Shown one piece after another: positions 34,455 to 44,983 of a stretch of 64,000 nt of DNA. This stretch comes from an uncultured Gemmatimonadales bacterium (lineage in GTDB: Bacteria; Gemmatimonadota; Gemmatimonadetes; Longimicrobiales; Gaopeijiaceae): NCBI GenBank assembly GCA_963823035.1, contig CAWGKG010000010.1, positions 128,001-192,000 on the forward strand, given 5' to 3'. A program made the translations under genes and the position numbers. Positions within the stretch are counted from its first letter, which is position 1, and every line of letters starts with the position of its first letter. The notes below the pieces were generated by a model. That model had not been told where the DNA came from, made no database searches, and worked only from the letters and a program-made list of their open reading frames with translations.

Positions 34455-37400
34455 CCGAGTCGAAGATCCTCTCGCTCCCGCTTCCGGACGCAGCGGCGCG
34501 CCGCCGGATCCGCGAGGAGCTCGACGTCGACTTCCTGGTCGAGGCGGGCGCCGGGTCGGGGAAGACCACCGAGCTCGTCAACCGGATGACCGCGCTCGTG
34601 GCCACCGGCACGGCCACGGTCGACGGGATCGCCGCGGTCACCTTCACGCGCAAGGCGGCCGCGGAGCTGCGCGAACGCTTCCAGGCGCGGCTCGAATCCG
34701 CGCTGCGGCAGGAGGGCGACGACGCGCCGGACCCGGAATCCCGCACGCGCTTGCGTGCCGCGCTGGAGGACATCGACCGCGCGTTCGTCGGGACGATCCA
34801 CGCCTTCTGCGCACGCCTCCTGCGCGAGCGGCCACTCGAGGTGGGGCTCGATCCTGGGTTCGAGGAGCTGCCGGTGGAGGAGCGGGCCGGGTTCTACCGT
34901 CGCTTCTGGGAGTCGTACCTCGAGCGGCTGACGCGGGATACCGACCCGGTGCTCGAGGAGCTCGCCGAGGCCGGCCTGAGGACGTCGCAACTGTACCGCC
35001 TCTTCACGCACCTGGCCGACAACCCCGACGTGGAGTTCCCGGCAGAGGCGACCCGGCCGCCGTCGGCGTCGGAGGTCGCGGCGGTGCGGCGGGACCTCGA
35101 GGCCATCGTTGGGCGCGGTCGCGAGCTCATGCCCGAGCGCGAGCCGGAACGAGGATGGGACCCGTTCCAGAAGAAGCTGCGCACCGCCTGGTTCACCCTG
35201 GACGTCACCGGGTGGAAGCGGCGCGCCGAGTTCTTCGACGCGCTGACGCTCCTGTGCCGTACCGGGAAGAGCCCGCACAAGACGACGTACAACCGCTGGA
35301 AGGACACGCCGCTCACCCGGGACCTCGTGGCGCGCGCCAACGCCTTCGGCTTTGGCGACACGGCTGCGCTCCGTCTCCTGGAGCGGTGGCACGCGCACCG
35401 CTACGCGCTGGCGCTGCGGCTCACGAAGCGGGCGGCGGAGGAGTTCGCGGAGCACCGCCGGCGTGTCGGTCGCCTCGACTTCCAGGATCTCCTCCTCCTG
35501 ACCGCGCGGCTGCTGCGCCGGAACGCGGGTGCGCGTTCGGAGCTGGGACGGCGCTACCGCAGGCTGCTGATCGACGAGTTCCAGGACACGGATCCGCTGC
35601 AGGCCGAGATCATGCTCCTCCTGGCGTCCGAGCCGGCAGGGGGGGAGGGGGACGACGCGGCGGCGGAGGTCGAGGTCGACGGGGAGCCGGCCGCCCGGAG
35701 CGCCGACTGGCGCACCGCCGTGCCGCGACCGGGCGCGCTCTTCGTGGTGGGGGACCCCAAGCAGAGCATCTACCGCTTCCGGCGGGCCGACATCCAGCTC
35801 TACGAGTTCGTGAAGGCCCGCTTCCGCGCCTTCGGCGACGTGCTGGACCTCACCGCCAACTTCCGCTCCCGCCCGCCGATCGGGGACCTCGTCAACGAGG
35901 TCTTCGACAACCCCGAGTTCTTTCCGGAGGAAGCGACCACCGAACAGGCACGCTTCGAGCCGCTGCGCACCCGCCCGTCCGCGGACCCGGCGCCCGAGGA
36001 GGGCGTGTTCTGGTACGGCGTGCACCCGCCGAGGGACGTGAATGCGCTCGTCGCGGAGGACGACGCGGGCCGCCTCTCCACCTGGATCCGCGACCGCGTG
36101 GAGTTGGGCGAGCGCGGGGCCGGGGACTTCCTGGTCCTCACCCGCAACAAGCGGAGCCTGTCGATCTACGCCCGGGCGATGGAGGCGCGCGGGATCCCGG
36201 TGCAGGTGACGGGGGCAGGGGTGGGCGTCGAGTTGGAGTTGACCGAGCTGGTGGCGCTCCTGGAGTGCATGATCGACCCGAGCGATCCGGTGCTCGTGGT
36301 CGCCGTTCTCGTGGGGCTCTTCTTCGGCCTCGATCACCAGCGGCTGGTGGACCACCGCCTGGCCGGCGGCTCCTTCGACGTGATGCAGCCGGGCGGCGTC
36401 GGAGACGAGGAAGTGTGTACGGCGCTCGCGACGCTGCACCGGTGGTGGAGGGCCGCGAGCCGCGAGCCGGCGGATGTCTTCCTCGGGCGTGTGGTCCCGG
36501 AGCTCGGCCTCCTTCCCCTGGCCGCCGCAGGCGAGTTGGGCGCGATCCGGGCGGGCGCTCTCGTGTACGCGCTCGACGCCGTCCGTGCCGCCGCGCTCGC
36601 CGGAGACGCCTCGCTTCCGGGGGCGCTGGACGCCGTGCGGGCGGCGTTGGAGGCCGCCGAGGCGGAGGCGCCCCTGCAGCCCGGGCGCCCGGACGTGGTG
36701 CGGCTCATGAACCTGCACCAGGCCAAGGGGCTGGAGGCGCCCGTGGTGGTGCTGGCCGACCCGACCTCGCCGCCCGACGTGTCTCCGGACCTGCACGTCG
36801 AGCGACGGCCGGACGGCGTGGCGGTCGGCTACCTGGACGTCTCGGAGAACCGGGGCGGCTTCCGCGGGAGCGCGCCCCTGGCCCGCCCTCCGGAATGGGC
36901 GGCGAAGCAGGAGGCCGAGGCGCGCTTCGACCGCGCGGAGCAGGTGCGTCTCCTCTATGTGGCCGCGACGCGCGCACGGGACGAACTGGTGGTGGCCCGC
37001 CGCCCCGCGAAGCCCGGGGCCTCGGCGTGGAGCCCACTGGACGCCTGGCTCGTGGAGAAGGGAACCGAGCTGGCGCTCGAGGCGCGTGCGCCGCGACCCA
37101 GGGAGGAGCTGCGCGTCACGCCGAAGGAGATGGGGGAGCGTGTCCAGGCCGCCGGGGCGCGCGTGCGCCGGATGGCCGAGCCGTCGTTTCGACACGTGAC
37201 GGTCACGGAGGTGGCGAAGTCCGGTACGCCCGAGGACGTCTCCCCGCGGGAGCTGCCTCCCGTGGCCCTGCGGGAGGCGTTCCGCGGGTATTCGTGGGGT
37301 AGCGCCGTTCATGGAGCGCTGGCTGCCGCGGCGACGGACGACTCCGAGGTGACGCTGCGCGCCGCGTGCCGGGCGCTCCTGGTGGAACACGGCCGGCCGC

Positions 37401-37936
37401 TGGACGACCACGGCGAGCCTCGCGAAGTCGAGGAGCTGCTCGCGCTCGTGCGCTCGGTGCGGGCTTCCGAGCTCTGGCGGCGCGCGGCGGCGGCGGGGCG
37501 GGTGCTGGTGGAGGTGCCGTTCGCGGCGCCCGGCGCGACGCGCGCGCCCGAGCGGCCACCGCCGGAGCCGAGTGGTGCGCCCGCGAAGGACGCCCGACCG
37601 CTGCGTCAGTTGGATCTCTTCGGGACCGCGACCGAGGAGGCACCCTCGTCCGCCCCGGAAGAGGGCGAGGAGCCCGGGTCCGAAGGCGGCCAGGAGGAGG
37701 GTCCGCGCCGCGCGGTGCTGGAGGGGGTGATCGACCTCGCCTTCCGGGAACAGGGCGGGTGGGTGATCGCGGACTACAAGACCGACGTCGGCACGGATCC
37801 GGCGTTCCGGACGCGCCTGGAGGCGTACCGCCGTCAGGTCGACCTGTACGCAGAGGCATGGGCGCGCCTCACCGGCGAGCCGGTCAAGGAGCGCGTGCTC
37901 TACTTCACATCCCAGGGGAGGGTGGAAGCGTGGTGA
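34451..37936 (+). CDS. addA: AddA-like UvrD helicase-nuclease
   Basis: EAGAGSGKT, TFTRKAA, IDEFQDTD, VGDPKQSIYRFR, HQAKGLE, LYVAATRARD, GVIDL...DYKT. Confidence 0.92.
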   Translation: MTESKILSLPLPDAAARRRIREELDVDFLVEAGAGSGKTTELVNRMTALVATGTATVDGIAAVTFTRKAAAELRERFQARLESALRQEGDDAPDPESRTRLRAALEDIDRAFVGTIHAFCARLLRERPLEVGLDPGFEELPVEERAGFYRRFWESYLERLTRDTDPVLEELAEAGLRTSQLYRLFTHLADNPDVEFPAEATRPPSASEVAAVRRDLEAIVGRGRELMPEREPERGWDPFQKKLRTAWFTLDVTGWKRRAEFFDALTLLCRTGKSPHKTTYNRWKDTPLTRDLVARANAFGFGDTAALRLLERWHAHRYALALRLTKRAAEEFAEHRRRVGRLDFQDLLLLTARLLRRNAGARSELGRRYRRLLIDEFQDTDPLQAEIMLLLASEPAGGEGDDAAAEVEVDGEPAARSADWRTAVPRPGALFVVGDPKQSIYRFRRADIQLYEFVKARFRAFGDVLDLTANFRSRPPIGDLVNEVFDNPEFFPEEATTEQARFEPLRTRPSADPAPEEGVFWYGVHPPRDVNALVAEDDAGRLSTWIRDRVELGERGAGDFLVLTRNKRSLSIYARAMEARGIPVQVTGAGVGVELELTELVALLECMIDPSDPVLVVAVLVGLFFGLDHQRLVDHRLAGGSFDVMQPGGVGDEEVCTALATLHRWWRAASREPADVFLGRVVPELGLLPLAAAGELGAIRAGALVYALDAVRAAALAGDASLPGALDAVRAALEAAEAEAPLQPGRPDVVRLMNLHQAKGLEAPVVVLADPTSPPDVSPDLHVERRPDGVAVGYLDVSENRGGFRGSAPLARPPEWAAKQEAEARFDRAEQVRLLYVAATRARDELVVARRPAKPGASAWSPLDAWLVEKGTELALEARAPRPREELRVTPKEMGERVQAAGARVRRMAEPSFRHVTVTEVAKSGTPEDVSPRELPPVALREAFRGYSWGSAVHGALAAAATDDSEVTLRAACRALLVEHGRPLDDHGEPREVEELLALVRSVRASELWRRAAAAGRVLVEVPFAAPGATRAPERPPPEPSGAPAKDARPLRQLDLFGTATEEAPSSAPEEGEEPGSEGGQEEGPRRAVLEGVIDLAFREQGGWVIADYKTDVGTDPAFRTRLEAYRRQVDLYAEAWARLTGEPVKERVLYFTSQGRVEAW

Positions 37937-37941
37937 GGCGC

Positions 37942-40704
37942 ATGGCGCAGGGAATCGCGACGGTGGTGGCGGCCATCCTGGCGGCGGCTCCGGCCGGTGC
38001 GCAGGAGAAGCCCACCCTCACCCCGGCCGACTACGGCCGGTGGGAGACGCTCGGGCGGGCGCAGCTCTCGCCCGACGGGGGTTGGCTGGCCTACGACATT
38101 CGGCGGGTGGACCAGAAGGACGAGCTGCGGGTGCGTGCCCTCGACGAAGACAGCGCGCGCGTCGTGCCCTTCGGCTCGGATGCCACCTTCAGCAACGACG
38201 GCCGTTGGCTCGCCTATGCCATCGGCCTCTCCCCCGAGCAGGAGAAGGACGACGACGCGCGGGAGAGCACGGGGCTGCTCGACCTGAGGGCTCGTCGGGA
38301 CACCACCTTCGAGGGCGCAACCGACTTCGACTTCAGCGACGACGGGGCCTACCTCGCGCTGTACCGCGAGGGGAGCGGGGAGGACGAGGCGGGCGACCTC
38401 GTCGTTCACGACCTCGCCACGGGCGCGGAGGTCCCGCTCGGGAACGTGGACAGCTGGGCGTGGAGCCCGACCGGCCACCTGCTCGCGGCGACGCTCCGTA
38501 CGGCCTCCGGGTCCGGCGGCGGTGTGCAGCTCTTCGATCCGGGCACGGGGACGCTGCGCGTGCTCGACCGGTCGGACACGGAGTACGCCCAGCTCACCTG
38601 GCGGGAGGACGACGACGACCTCGCCGTGCTGCGCGCACGCTCGGACGAGGGGTTCGACGAGGACACCCAGGTCGTTCTGGTGTGGCGTGACCTCTCCGGA
38701 AGGGCCGCGGCCCCTCTGGTGCTCGACCCGGACGCGGCGCCCGGCTTCCCGGAGGGGATGCGCATCGCCGACTCGATGGAGCCGGAGTGGTCCGCGGACG
38801 GACGCTCCGTGTTCATCGGACTCCGGCCCCGCGAGCGGAGCGACGCGGCGGACGAAGCGACCGAGGCGGATTCCCTGTCCGTGAGACGAGGCGGGGGAGA
38901 CGGAGGAACCCGACGAGGAGAAGCGCTCCGAGGTCCAGGTGTGGACGACCGACGACGCCCGGATCATCCCCATGCAGCGCGCCCAGGAGGACCGCGATCT
39001 CGCGCGTACGCTGCTCGCCACCTGGCGCGTGGACGATGGACGCGTGGTGCAGCTCGGCACGGACCTGATGGCGACGACGGAGCTCCTCGAAGGCGGCCGC
39101 GACGCGATCGAGTTCGACGAGAAGCCGTACGAGCGGGATGTGATGTTCGGGCGCGCCTGGCAGGACGTCTATCGCATCGACACCCGCTCGGGGGAGCGTA
39201 CGCGCCTGCTGGACAAGGTGCGCTACGCGTACGCGGGTAGCCCGGAAGGCCGCTACCTCCTGTATTTCCAGGGGGACGACTGGTGGTCGCTCGACCTGAC
39301 CACCGGCGAGACCGCGAACCTCACCGATACGCTCGACGGCGACTTCGCGGATCGGACGTACGACTACCCGGTGATGCAGTTGCCGCCCCAGGGCTTCCGG
39401 CCGCTCGGTTGGATCGACGGGGAGGCGGCCGTGCTCCTGCGGGACCGCCTGGACGTATGGGCCGTGCGCCCGGACGGATCCGGCGGGAACCGTCTGACGG
39501 ACGGCGCCGCGGAGGAGATCGAGTACGGCGTCGTATCGCTCGATCCTGACGCCGACTCTTTCGACTCCTCCGAGCCGCTCTATCTCTCGCTCTTCGGGAA
39601 GAAGACGAAGCGCTCGGGCTTCGCGCGCGTCGATCTCCGGAAGACGAAGGGCGGGTACGCCGCGAGAGGCGACGTGCACCGCCTCGTGTGGCAGGACGCG
39701 TCGCTCGCCCGGTTGACGAAGGCTGCGGACGCCGACCTGTACGCCTACGTCGCCCAGCGTTTCGACGACTCCCCGGACGTCTTCGTGGGCGGGCCGCGGC
39801 TCGAGGGCGCGCGCCAGGTGACGCACACCAACCCCTTCCAGGGCGACTATGCCTGGGGGCACGCGGAGACGGTGGACTTCACCAGCCGCGCGGGCGTGCC
39901 GCTGCAGGCCACGCTGCTCTATCCGGCGGGGTGGGAGGCGGGGCGGAAATACCCGATGATCGTGTACACGTACGAGCTGCTCTCCGACGGCGTCCACCGC
40001 TACGAGGTGCCGTCCGAGCGGGACTACTACGACTTCCAGGCGTGGACGCAGGAGGGCTACTTCGTCCTTGCAGCCGGACATCGTCTACCGTCCGCGGGAG
40101 CCGGGGATCTCCGCGGTGGACGCGGTGGTCCCGGCGGTCGCGAAGATCGTCGACATGGGGCTGGTGGACGCCGACCGCGTGGGGCTGATCGGCCACTCGT
40201 GGGGCGGCTACCAGGCGGCCTTCATCCCGACCCAGACGGACATCTTCGCCACGTCGGTGTCGGGCGCGCCGCTCACGGACTTCCTGAGCATGCCCGGCTC
40301 GCTGCACTGGCGCCCCGGCTTTCCCGAGTTCGGCCACTGGGAGACCGGGCAGGCCCGCATGGGCGTGCCGCCGTGGGAGGACTTCGAGGCACACGTGCGC
40401 AACTCCCCGGTGGCGCACATCCAGGACCTGCACACGCCCATGCTGCTCATGCAGGGCGACGACGACGGCACGGTGGACTTCCGTCAGGGCGTGGAGTTCT
40501 ACAACTACGCCCGCCGTGCCGGGAAGGAGCTCGTGTTCCTCGTCTATCCCGGGTGAGGACCACGGCCTGCGCCGCGAGGAGGACCAGAAGGACTACCACC
40601 GGCGCATCGTGCAGTGGTTCGCACACTACCTGAAGGGTGAGCCGGCGGCCGACTGGATGAGCGGGGTGAGCTGGCTCGAGCGGAAGAAGGAGCTCGGCGG
40701 GTGA
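37942..40704 (+). CDS. S9 prolyl-oligopeptidase-family peptidase (3 frameshifts)
   Basis: Signal peptide, beta-propeller, GHSWGG, GDDDGTV, EDHG triad; frame breaks near 38885, 40070 and 40553. Confidence 0.85.
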
Positions 40705-41671
40705 GGAGCGTGGGGCGAGGATGGGCGGGGCGCTCGCGCGGCCTGGATCGCCGTGGGCGGCGATCGCTGCCTGGCGTCGACGATCGCGCTGTCCGCGACG
40801 GCCCCGGGGCTCGACGCGCAGCAACCCCGCACCCGTCTCGTACTCCTCGGCGTGGGGACGCCGAACGCCGATCCCGAGCGCTCGGGGCCCGCCACCGCCG
40901 TGGTGGTGGATGACCGGGCCTACCTCGTCGACGCCGGGCCGGGCGTGGTGCGGCGCGCCGCGCAGGCGGCGCGCGACCGTGGGATCGGCGCGCTTGCGCC
41001 CGGGCACCTCGACCGGGTCTTCCTCACGCACCTCCACTCCGACCACACCGTGGGGCTACCGGACCTCCTCCTCACCCCGTGGGTGCTGGACCGGCCCGAT
41101 CCGCTGGAGGTGTACGGCCCTCCCGGCACGGCGTCGATGATGGAGCACATCGAAGCGGCGTGGGCGGAGGACATCCGCATCCGGCGCGACGGCCTCGAGC
41201 CCCGAGACGCCAACCGCGACGCGTACCGCTCCGTGGTGCACGAGGTCGCACCCGGCCTCGTCTACCAGGACGACCTCGTGAAGGTGTGGGCGATCGCCGT
41301 GCCGCACGGGTCGTGGGAGCACGCGTACGCCTACCGCTTCGAGGGCCCCGACCGGACGATCGTGATCTCGGGCGATACCGCGCCGACCGACGTGCTGGCG
41401 GACGCGTGCAACGGCTGCGACGTCCTCGTGCACGAGGTGTACAGCGCCGAGCGCTTCTCCGGCCGCCCCCCGGAGTGGCAGCGCTACCACCGCGCCTTCC
41501 ACACGTCCACGACCGAGCTGGCCGCCCTGGCCGCGCGCGCGCGCCCGAAGCTGCTGGTGCTCTACCACCAGCTCTTCTGGGGCACGGACGACGAGGGGCT
41601 CGTGGGGGAGATCCGCGCCGCCGGGTACGCCGGGAGACGTCCGCTCGGGGAGGGACCTGGACGTCTTCTGA
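40701..41671 (+). CDS. secreted MBL-fold metallo-hydrolase (RNase Z/arylsulfatase-like), frameshifted at both ends
   Basis: LLGVGTP, THLHSDH, ISGDT, LVHEVY, FHT, LVLYH; ends GRDLDVF in a shifted frame. Confidence 0.85.
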
Positions 41672-41686
41672 GGGCGAAGGGTGAGG

Positions 41687-42350
41687 CTAGGGTCGGATGC
41701 CGATCCCGATCGACAGCATCAGGTCGCTCTGCCGCTGGTCCTGGGTCGCGATGCCACGCGTCGGCAACTTCGCCTGGTCGAAGGTGCTGGGGAGGTAGCG
41801 GACCTCGGCGGCCACGTCGATGGGGCCCAGACCGACGCCCACGAAGCCGATCCCGAGATCGGCCGTGGGTCGGATCTGGCGCTCCGCGTCGGTCAGGTCG
41901 AACGAGTACGCCTTGAACCCTCCTCCGAGCCGGAGCGTCGGCTCGACGTAGTCGCCGAGCCAACCCGTGCCGGTCAGGACGATGCCCGCCGTGCCCGCCA
42001 CCAGCGTCGCTCGGGCGGACGGACCCACCACCGCCGGTCGGATCGCGCTTCCCGGGCGGATCGTGCCGAATGCCGCCGTCGCGTTGGCGAAGGCCGACAC
42101 GGAGCCCATCACGCGGTAGCGGGCCTCCAAGTGCGAAGGCCGGGCCGGCCGCGAGGCCCGTATCGTCGGTGTCGGCCGCCTTGATCAGCGACGAGAACGG
42201 CACGTAGGCGCCGCTCCACGCGCCGATCCTCCAGGGTCCGCCGTCGGCCTCCTGGGCGCGTGCCCCCGACACCGGAAGGATCATCAACCCGGTGGCTACG
42301 AAGAGGGATCGGAGCAGCGCCATCGTCCTGTCGATCGATTCGCGTCTCAT
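41687..42350 (-). CDS. putative outer-membrane beta-barrel protein (frameshift near 42132)
   Basis: Signal peptide ARAQ; alternating hydrophobic strands; C-terminal LSIGIGIRP. Confidence 0.6.
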
Positions 42351-42357
42351 GGGGAGG

Positions 42358-44309
42358 TCAGTTGAAGGTGATGGCGACGGTCGTCGCCGAGGCCAGCGAC
42401 GTGCCCGTGATGATGAACGTGCGGGCGCCGGCGGCTCCGCTCACGACGAGGTCGTTGAAGTTGGCGACCCCGCTCGCGTTCGTGACCAGCGGGCTCGTGC
42501 CCGTCAGGGTGCCCGCGCCGCTAGGCGATCGCGATCGTGAGCGGAACGCCCTGGAGCGGCACGGCGGCGCCCGCGGAGTTACGAAGCTGCACCGAGATGG
42601 CGAAGGTGGCGCCGAGCGTGACGGGGCTGGACGGCACGCCGGAGACGGTGATCTGCGTCGCGGCCTGAGCCGTGAACGTCACCGGGTTGCCCGTGATGCC
42701 CGAGCCCGCGACGGTCGCGGTCAGGGTGTTGACCGCGCCGCTGCCGAGCGTCCAGCTACCCACGGCCGCGCGTCCCTGCGCGTCGGTCAGCTGGCTCGTC
42801 CCCGTGGCGGCCCCACCCCCGAGGCCGACGGCGAACGTCACCGCCGCACCGACCACGGGATTCCCTCCGGCGTCCGTGACGAGCACGGTCGGGGCGACCG
42901 CGACGCTCGTTCCCTGCACGGCCGCCTGGCCGGTGCCGGCGTAAACCTCGATCTCCGCCACGGTGCCGGCGGCGCCGGTCGCGTTGAAGGTCACCGTCGG
43001 CAGGCCGGTCGCGGTCGCCTTCACCGTGTTCGTCCCGGCGGACGGTGCCGAGCGTCCAGGACGTCACGGAAGCGACCCCGTTGACGTCGGTCGTGTCCTT
43101 CGCGTCGACCAGCGTGCCTCCGCCCGCCGTCACGGCGAACGTCACCGGTACACCCGCGACCGGGATGCCCGCCGCGTCGCGCACGATCACGCTGGGCGGG
43201 TCGGCGACCGCCGAGCCGGCGGTGGCGGTCTGACTGGTCTGCGAGGTCGCCACCATGGTGGTCGCCACCCCCCCGACCCCGGTAGCCGTGAAGGTCACCG
43301 ACGGAAGGCCGGCCGAGGAGGCCGTCAGGGTGTTCGAGCCGGGGAGCGGGCCGAGGAACCACCCGCCCACCGTGGCCATCCCCGTGGCGTCCGTCACCTG
43401 CCGGGACCCCACGACGCCTCCTCCCCCCGTGGCCACCGCGAAGGTGACCACCACACCGGCAACGCCGTCGCCGGCGTCGTCGCGCACGACCACCGTCGGG
43501 GCGATCGGTACGAGCTGGCCGACCGTGGCCTGCTGGCCGTTGCCGGCCGTGGCCACCATCGCCGAGCCGGTGGGCGTGGTCGCCGTGGCCGTGAAGACCA
43601 CGGGGTTGTTCACGACCCCACCGGCCTCCACGCGGGCGGCGAGCGTCTGCTCTCCGGACGCCGACCCGAGGACCCAGCTTCCGACGGTCACCACCCCCTG
43701 CGCGTCCGTGGTGCCGACGCCGCCGGTCACCCGTCCACCGCCCGAGAGCACGGAGAACGTCACCGGCACCCCCTGCGCGAGGTTGCCGAACGCGTCGGCC
43801 ACCCGGACGGAGGGCGCCGTCGGGACCGCCGTGCCCGCGGGAGCGGTCTGGGCGTTCCCGGCGACGGCGCTCACCGTGGCCGGACTCGCCGCGGTCACGG
43901 TAGCCGTGAACGTGGCGGATACGCCGCTACCGGCGGTGGCGGCGAGCGTGCCCTGCCCGGCGGTGGTCCCCAGCGTCCAGCGCGTGCTCGCGATGCCGTC
44001 GGCGTCGGTCATCGAGGTGGCGGGGTCGACCGACCCGCTCTGCGTCGTGAAGGTCACCGTGGCACCGGGCAGCGGCTGGTTGTCGCTGCCTACCACGAGG
44101 ACCTCGATCGGGTCGGCCACCTCCGTTCCGGCCGGAGCGGAGAGGGTCGCGTTGGAGAGGGCGTCCACGCGCGAGGCTGGAAGCGGGGCGCTGACCGAGG
44201 TCTCGCCGCAGCCTGCCAGGCTCGTGAGCGCGGTTGCCAGGGCGAGGGCCGTGAGGCGACGTCGTGAGGATCTCGGGAAGTCCTGGAGAGCCATTTGGAG
44301 AAGTCCCAT
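42358..44309 (-). CDS. Ig-like (Big_1) repeat lipoprotein (frameshifts near 43043 and 42525)
   Basis: Lipobox LAGC; five repeats of VTF..GGG...TDAxGxA...WTLG. Confidence 0.8.
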
Positions 44310-44983
44310 TCCTGAGGCGGAGAGCACGGGAAACCGGCGGGATCGAGCGGGGCGGGAGGCCGCCGCGCGGCGATCCGTTTCTTCGGGGGGCCGGTAGGAC
44401 GTCATCAATCTATACGAAGCCGGAACCGGACGCCTTTCTTGAACGAGTGGGCGTGGTCCTTCGTGACGGCGAGGCCATCCCTGGCTCAGCCGCCCACCGT
44501 CCGACAGTCGCGGAAGAGGCGCCGCTCGGCGCGTGCGGACGTCTCGATGGCGTCGTTGAACGCCCGAAGCAGGCTCGCGTCGCGTTGCCCCGGTCGGTGT
44601 GCCGATCGTGTACTGGAAGACGACGACGGCAGCGACATCGCGCCGTGTCCGTGAGGGGCGTCGAGCTTTCGAATACGTGCGGGCGCGAGGGCAGCAAGGA
44701 AGATTGGGGGGGCGCGAGAGGCTTCACCGGACTATATTGCCGCACCATCTGCCCAGCCGTGATCAAACGGCTCATCGTGTGCCGGCTCCATCGGGTCTTT
44801 CCGCTCCTCCATGCTACCCCTGGAGCGGCGCGCATCGGACGCCAGTTCGGTGCTCCCCGGATAGGGCGCGACGCGAGAAAGGAGGGCCGCCCACAGACGT
44901 ATGCTTCACAGCCGGGGTGCGTGGTATCCCCCCGTGCTTGCCCCCCCGGCACATCTCCCCAACCCACTCAAGGGAAGAGCATC

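Noticed and set aside
42600..44100. Periodic ~300-bp similarity
   Set aside because: Protein-level Ig-like domain repeats, not a mobile or non-coding repeat
44310..44983. Cobalamin or TPP riboswitch ahead of the TonB receptor; 240-codon N-terminal extension of the SusC ORF
   Set aside because: Conserved riboswitch cores not found; the true start is ATG 44984 with RBS and signal peptide
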